Part shown: piece after piece, positions 61,481 through 64,000 of the stretch
Position numbering within the stretch: position 1 is the first letter of the stretch
Layout of the letters: the number at the start of each line of letters is the position of its first letter
Assembly (NCBI GenBank): GCA_937872175.1
Contig: CALMPI010000041.1
Span: 66,868 to 130,867, forward strand
DNA length: 64,000 nucleotides
DNA from: an uncultured Flavobacteriales bacterium
GTDB taxonomy: Bacteria; Bacteroidota; Bacteroidia; Flavobacteriales_F; PHOS-HE28
Direction of reading: 5' to 3'
Position numbers and translations under genes: made by a program
Notes under the pieces: model-generated
Seen by the model: only the letters and a program-made list of their open reading frames with translations
The model's database searches: none
Told to the model about the DNA's origin: nothing

Positions 61481-62595
61481 GGCGTGGCGCGCCTCTGTGG
61501 CAGCGCGAAGGGCAGCAGCGCGAGCACCACGGCCGTGCTGCCCAGCACCATCAGGCCCACGTTGGGGTGCCACTTGCGGGTGAGCAGGCTGAGCCCGATG
61601 ATGGTGAGGGCATAGGCGTAGAGCGCGAAAGTGGTGCGGCGGTGGCCCAGGCCCATGTCCATCAGGCGGTGGTGGATGTGGTTGCGGTCGGCGGCCAGGG
61701 GCGACACCCCGCGGGCGGTGCGCACGATGAAGATGCGGAGCGTGTCCACCAGCGGGTAGGCGATGACGGCCATGGTGAAGATGGGCGTGGGGATCTGCCG
61801 CAGCGGCAGCGGCAGGCGGCTGGTGTCGTGGTCCACCACCTTCATGGCCAGCACGGAGATGATGGCGCCGATGATCAGCGAGCCGCTGTCGCCCATGAAG
61901 ATGCGCGCCGGGTGGAAGTTGAACACCAGGAAGCCCACCAGCGCGCCGGCCAGCACGAAGGCCAGCAGGCTCAGGGCGATGTCGCCGGCCATGTACAACC
62001 ACACGCCGTAGACCGTGGCGGCGATGAGGCCGATGCCGCCCGCCAGTCCGTCCACGCCATCGATCAGGTTGAAGGCGTTCACCAGCACCACGTAGGTGAA
62101 GAAGCTCAGCGCGATGCTCATCGCCGCGGGCAGCTCGTACACGCCGAACAGGCCGTGCATGTCGGTGATGCGGATGTCGGCCGTGATCACCAGGATGTAA
62201 CCCACGATCATGTGGCCCACCAGCTTCTTCACGGGGCTGAAGCCGATGATGTCGTCCTTGACGCCGATGAAGAAGAGCAGCACCATGGCCGCCAGCACGA
62301 ACTTGAAGTCCTTGTAGGCCTGCCCCATGGCCTGGTAGAGGGCCTTGTAGCCCTCACCGTCCTCGCCGATCAGGGCGGCCTGGGGGAACCACAGGGCGTA
62401 GGAGAAGATGACGGCGGCGAAGATGATGATGCCGCCGATGGTGGGCACGCTGCGGTGGTGCACCTTGCGCGCATCGCCGGGTTCGTCCACCAGGTGCTTC
62501 AGGCGGGCCACCTTGATGAGGCTGGGCATGGTGAAGAGCACCACGATGAAGGCCGTCACCGCGCCGAGGATCAGGATGTAGCCATGCTCCTTCAT
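61477..62595 (-). CDS. UDP-GlcNAc:undecaprenyl-phosphate GlcNAc-1-phosphate transferase family (WecA/MraY-like, GT4 polyprenyl-phosphate transferase)
   Basis: 10-11 TM helices; DD motif (GVKDDIIG); NLIDGVDGLAGG; FMGDSGSL. Confidence 0.85.
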   Translation of the reverse strand: MKEHGYILILGAVTAFIVVLFTMPSLIKVARLKHLVDEPGDARKVHHRSVPTIGGIIIFAAVIFSYALWFPQAALIGEDGEGYKALYQAMGQAYKDFKFVLAAMVLLFFIGVKDDIIGFSPVKKLVGHMIVGYILVITADIRITDMHGLFGVYELPAAMSIALSFFTYVVLVNAFNLIDGVDGLAGGIGLIAATVYGVWLYMAGDIALSLLAFVLAGALVGFLVFNFHPARIFMGDSGSLIIGAIISVLAMKVVDHDTSRLPLPLRQIPTPIFTMAVIAYPLVDTLRIFIVRTARGVSPLAADRNHIHHRLMDMGLGHRRTTFALYAYALTIIGLSLLTRKWHPNVGLMVLGSTAVVLALLPFALPQRRATP

Positions 62596-62601
62596 GGGCG
62601 G

Positions 62602-64000
62602 TCAAAAGTCGGCATACCGGTTGAACAGCGCCATGCGGAAGGCGGCGTAGAGGTGGCCGCTGTTCTGCTGGTCGGGCGCCGGGCTCAGGTCGCGCATCGA
62701 GTAGCCGATGGTGAACCGCATGTTGCTCATCTGGTTGATGAGGTAGCTGGCGTTGAGCTCCAGAAAGGTGAGCTGGCGGACGATGGGCCCGTCCGGAAGG
62801 GCCGAGAGCTGATCGGGCAGCAGCAGGTCGCTGCCGTGGTTGGCGGCCAGGCTGTCGGGGCCGTCCGTGCGATAGGTGGCCAGGTTCAGCTTGGCCTGCA
62901 GCAGCACCTTGCCGCGGATGCGATGGTCCAGGATCACGACGGCCTCGTCGAAGTTCGCGCCGTACGGATGCGCCAGGGGCTGCTGGGTGTGGGTGTACGC
63001 GGTGAGCGCATCCCGCTGCATGTAGAGGAAGGGCTGCGCGCTGTTGTACTCGGCCTGCAGGTGCATGTCGAGGCCGAAGAGGTCGAACCAGCGGAAACCG
63101 GCCTGCCATCCGTAGCGCCCGGGCCTGTCGGTGACGCCCTGGCCATAGACGAACAGCTTGTCGGTGACCTTCACGCGCAGGTCGAGGCCCAGCACCTGCT
63201 TGTGGTCGCCGTCGAAGCCGTTCACCAGCGTGTTGATGCCGATCACCGGGTTCAGGGTGAGGGCGTTGAACGGGCGCACGCCGCTGCTGTCGATGCGCTT
63301 GAAGATCGTGGCCTCGAAGAGGCCGACCGTCACGCGTCCCAGGTCGAGGCTCAGGTGGGTGAAGGTGGCGCGCTTCCACAGGAAGAGGCTCTCACTGCTC
63401 TCGCCGGTGGGCAGCCGTTGGAGCATGTTGAGCTGGGCGTAGATCGTGCTGTACTGCAGGCGGTCCTTCCAGCCCAGGTGGCTCAGCTTCAGGAAGGGAT
63501 AGGTGGGGCTGGCATCGCTCAGCAGCATGCTCCGGTAGCCGTGGCCCACCTGGTGGCGCCCCTGTCCCAGCTGCACGTTCAGCCAGCGGCGCGGCGTCCA
63601 GCTCACGTTGCCCATGGCCCAGGCGTAGTCGAAGGCACGGCCGTTGAAGGGCTTCACCCGGGCCTCGCCGGGCACCACGCCCAGCTCGCGGGTCCTGTTC
63701 CACAGGTATTGCGGGTAGATGGCCTGGTTCTCGAAGAAGGCGGTCTGGAAGGAGAAGCGCGGGCCCAGGTCCCCGGCGACCCAGAAGCCGCGCGTGTTGC
63801 GGTAGAAGCGGGTGGTGTCGGCGAAGCGGCTCTGGTCGCGGAAGTCCTGACCGAGCTGGAGGTCGAGCATCAGGTCGGCGTGCAGGCGCACACCCTTCTT
63901 GCGCACCTGCAGCAGGTGGCGGCGGAAGAGCACCTCGGTGAGCCAGTAATAGCGCCGGGTGCTGTCGGGGCGGAAGCCCATCACGCCGGTGAGGTCGGCG
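62602..64000 (-). CDS. Wzi-like outer-membrane protein paralog 2 (N-terminus probably beyond the window end)
   Basis: GYRSMLLSDASPTYPFL and AHPYGANF parallel the motifs of paralog 1. There is no signal peptide at the M at 63984, so the true start is likely upstream of 64000. Confidence 0.55.
   Translation of the reverse strand, partial: ADLTGVMGFRPDSTRRYYWLTEVLFRRHLLQVRKKGVRLHADLMLDLQLGQDFRDQSRFADTTRFYRNTRGFWVAGDLGPRFSFQTAFFENQAIYPQYLWNRTRELGVVPGEARVKPFNGRAFDYAWAMGNVSWTPRRWLNVQLGQGRHQVGHGYRSMLLSDASPTYPFLKLSHLGWKDRLQYSTIYAQLNMLQRLPTGESSESLFLWKRATFTHLSLDLGRVTVGLFEATIFKRIDSSGVRPFNALTLNPVIGINTLVNGFDGDHKQVLGLDLRVKVTDKLFVYGQGVTDRPGRYGWQAGFRWFDLFGLDMHLQAEYNSAQPFLYMQRDALTAYTHTQQPLAHPYGANFDEAVVILDHRIRGKVLLQAKLNLATYRTDGPDSLAANHGSDLLLPDQLSALPDGPIVRQLTFLELNASYLINQMSNMRFTIGYSMRDLSPAPDQQNSGHLYAAFRMALFNRYADF

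Overview
This is a high-GC (~68%) chromosomal segment that looks Bacteroidota-like. The evidence is split metH genes, a gldE-like CorC gene, many T9SS C-terminal sorting domains (types A and B), SprB-type repeats, and TAnnTTTG-like promoter elements with no Shine-Dalgarno reliance. Most long ORFs in the six-frame track that are rich in R/H/G/A are antisense artefacts of the high GC content; real genes were picked by motif content and GC3 bias. Manually derived coordinates (not taken from the ORF track) may be off by 1-2 nt.

Housekeeping core: kbl, gatC, a plsC-family acyltransferase, trpS, purH, mreB-mreC-mreD-mrdA-rodA, a PpiD/SurA-like PPIase, a gldE-like CNNM/CorC protein, coaX, tRNA-Phe(GAA), an HD-domain protein, a sensor histidine kinase translationally coupled to gpmI, an M20 dipeptidase, a DUF255 thioredoxin-domain lipoprotein, tsaB, TolC, an OmpA-family protein, an S9 peptidase, and a cytochrome-oxidase accessory cluster (DUF420, SCO1, CoxIV, two CoxIII-like, cyoE/ctaB).

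Accessory or unusual content:
- Three tandem giant paralogous surface proteins (25.4-33.3 kb, minus strand) with a shared N-terminal domain, SprB-like repeats and a T9SS type-B C-terminal domain, plus a 68-aa orphan T9SS type-A C-terminal-domain mini-ORF next to them.
- A SAM-I (S-box) riboswitch with an intrinsic terminator upstream of a split metH, followed by a long GGTGAATGG-based palindrome.
- A ~0.9 kb low-GC (~50%) insertion carrying a secreted hypothetical protein, wedged between the two metH genes.
- A lower-GC 5.5 kb island (50.0-55.6 kb) carrying a SprB-repeat/tail-fibre-domain gene interrupted by an in-frame TAA, a GH5 glycoside hydrolase with a T9SS C-terminal domain, and another T9SS cargo protein.
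- A small YD-repeat protein followed by a secreted protein built from ~22-aa tandem repeats.
- Two Wzi-like outer-membrane paralogs flanking a WecA-family transferase.
- A recurrent promoter motif (G)CTATCTT(C/G)GCG and a perfect 14-bp palindromic operator.
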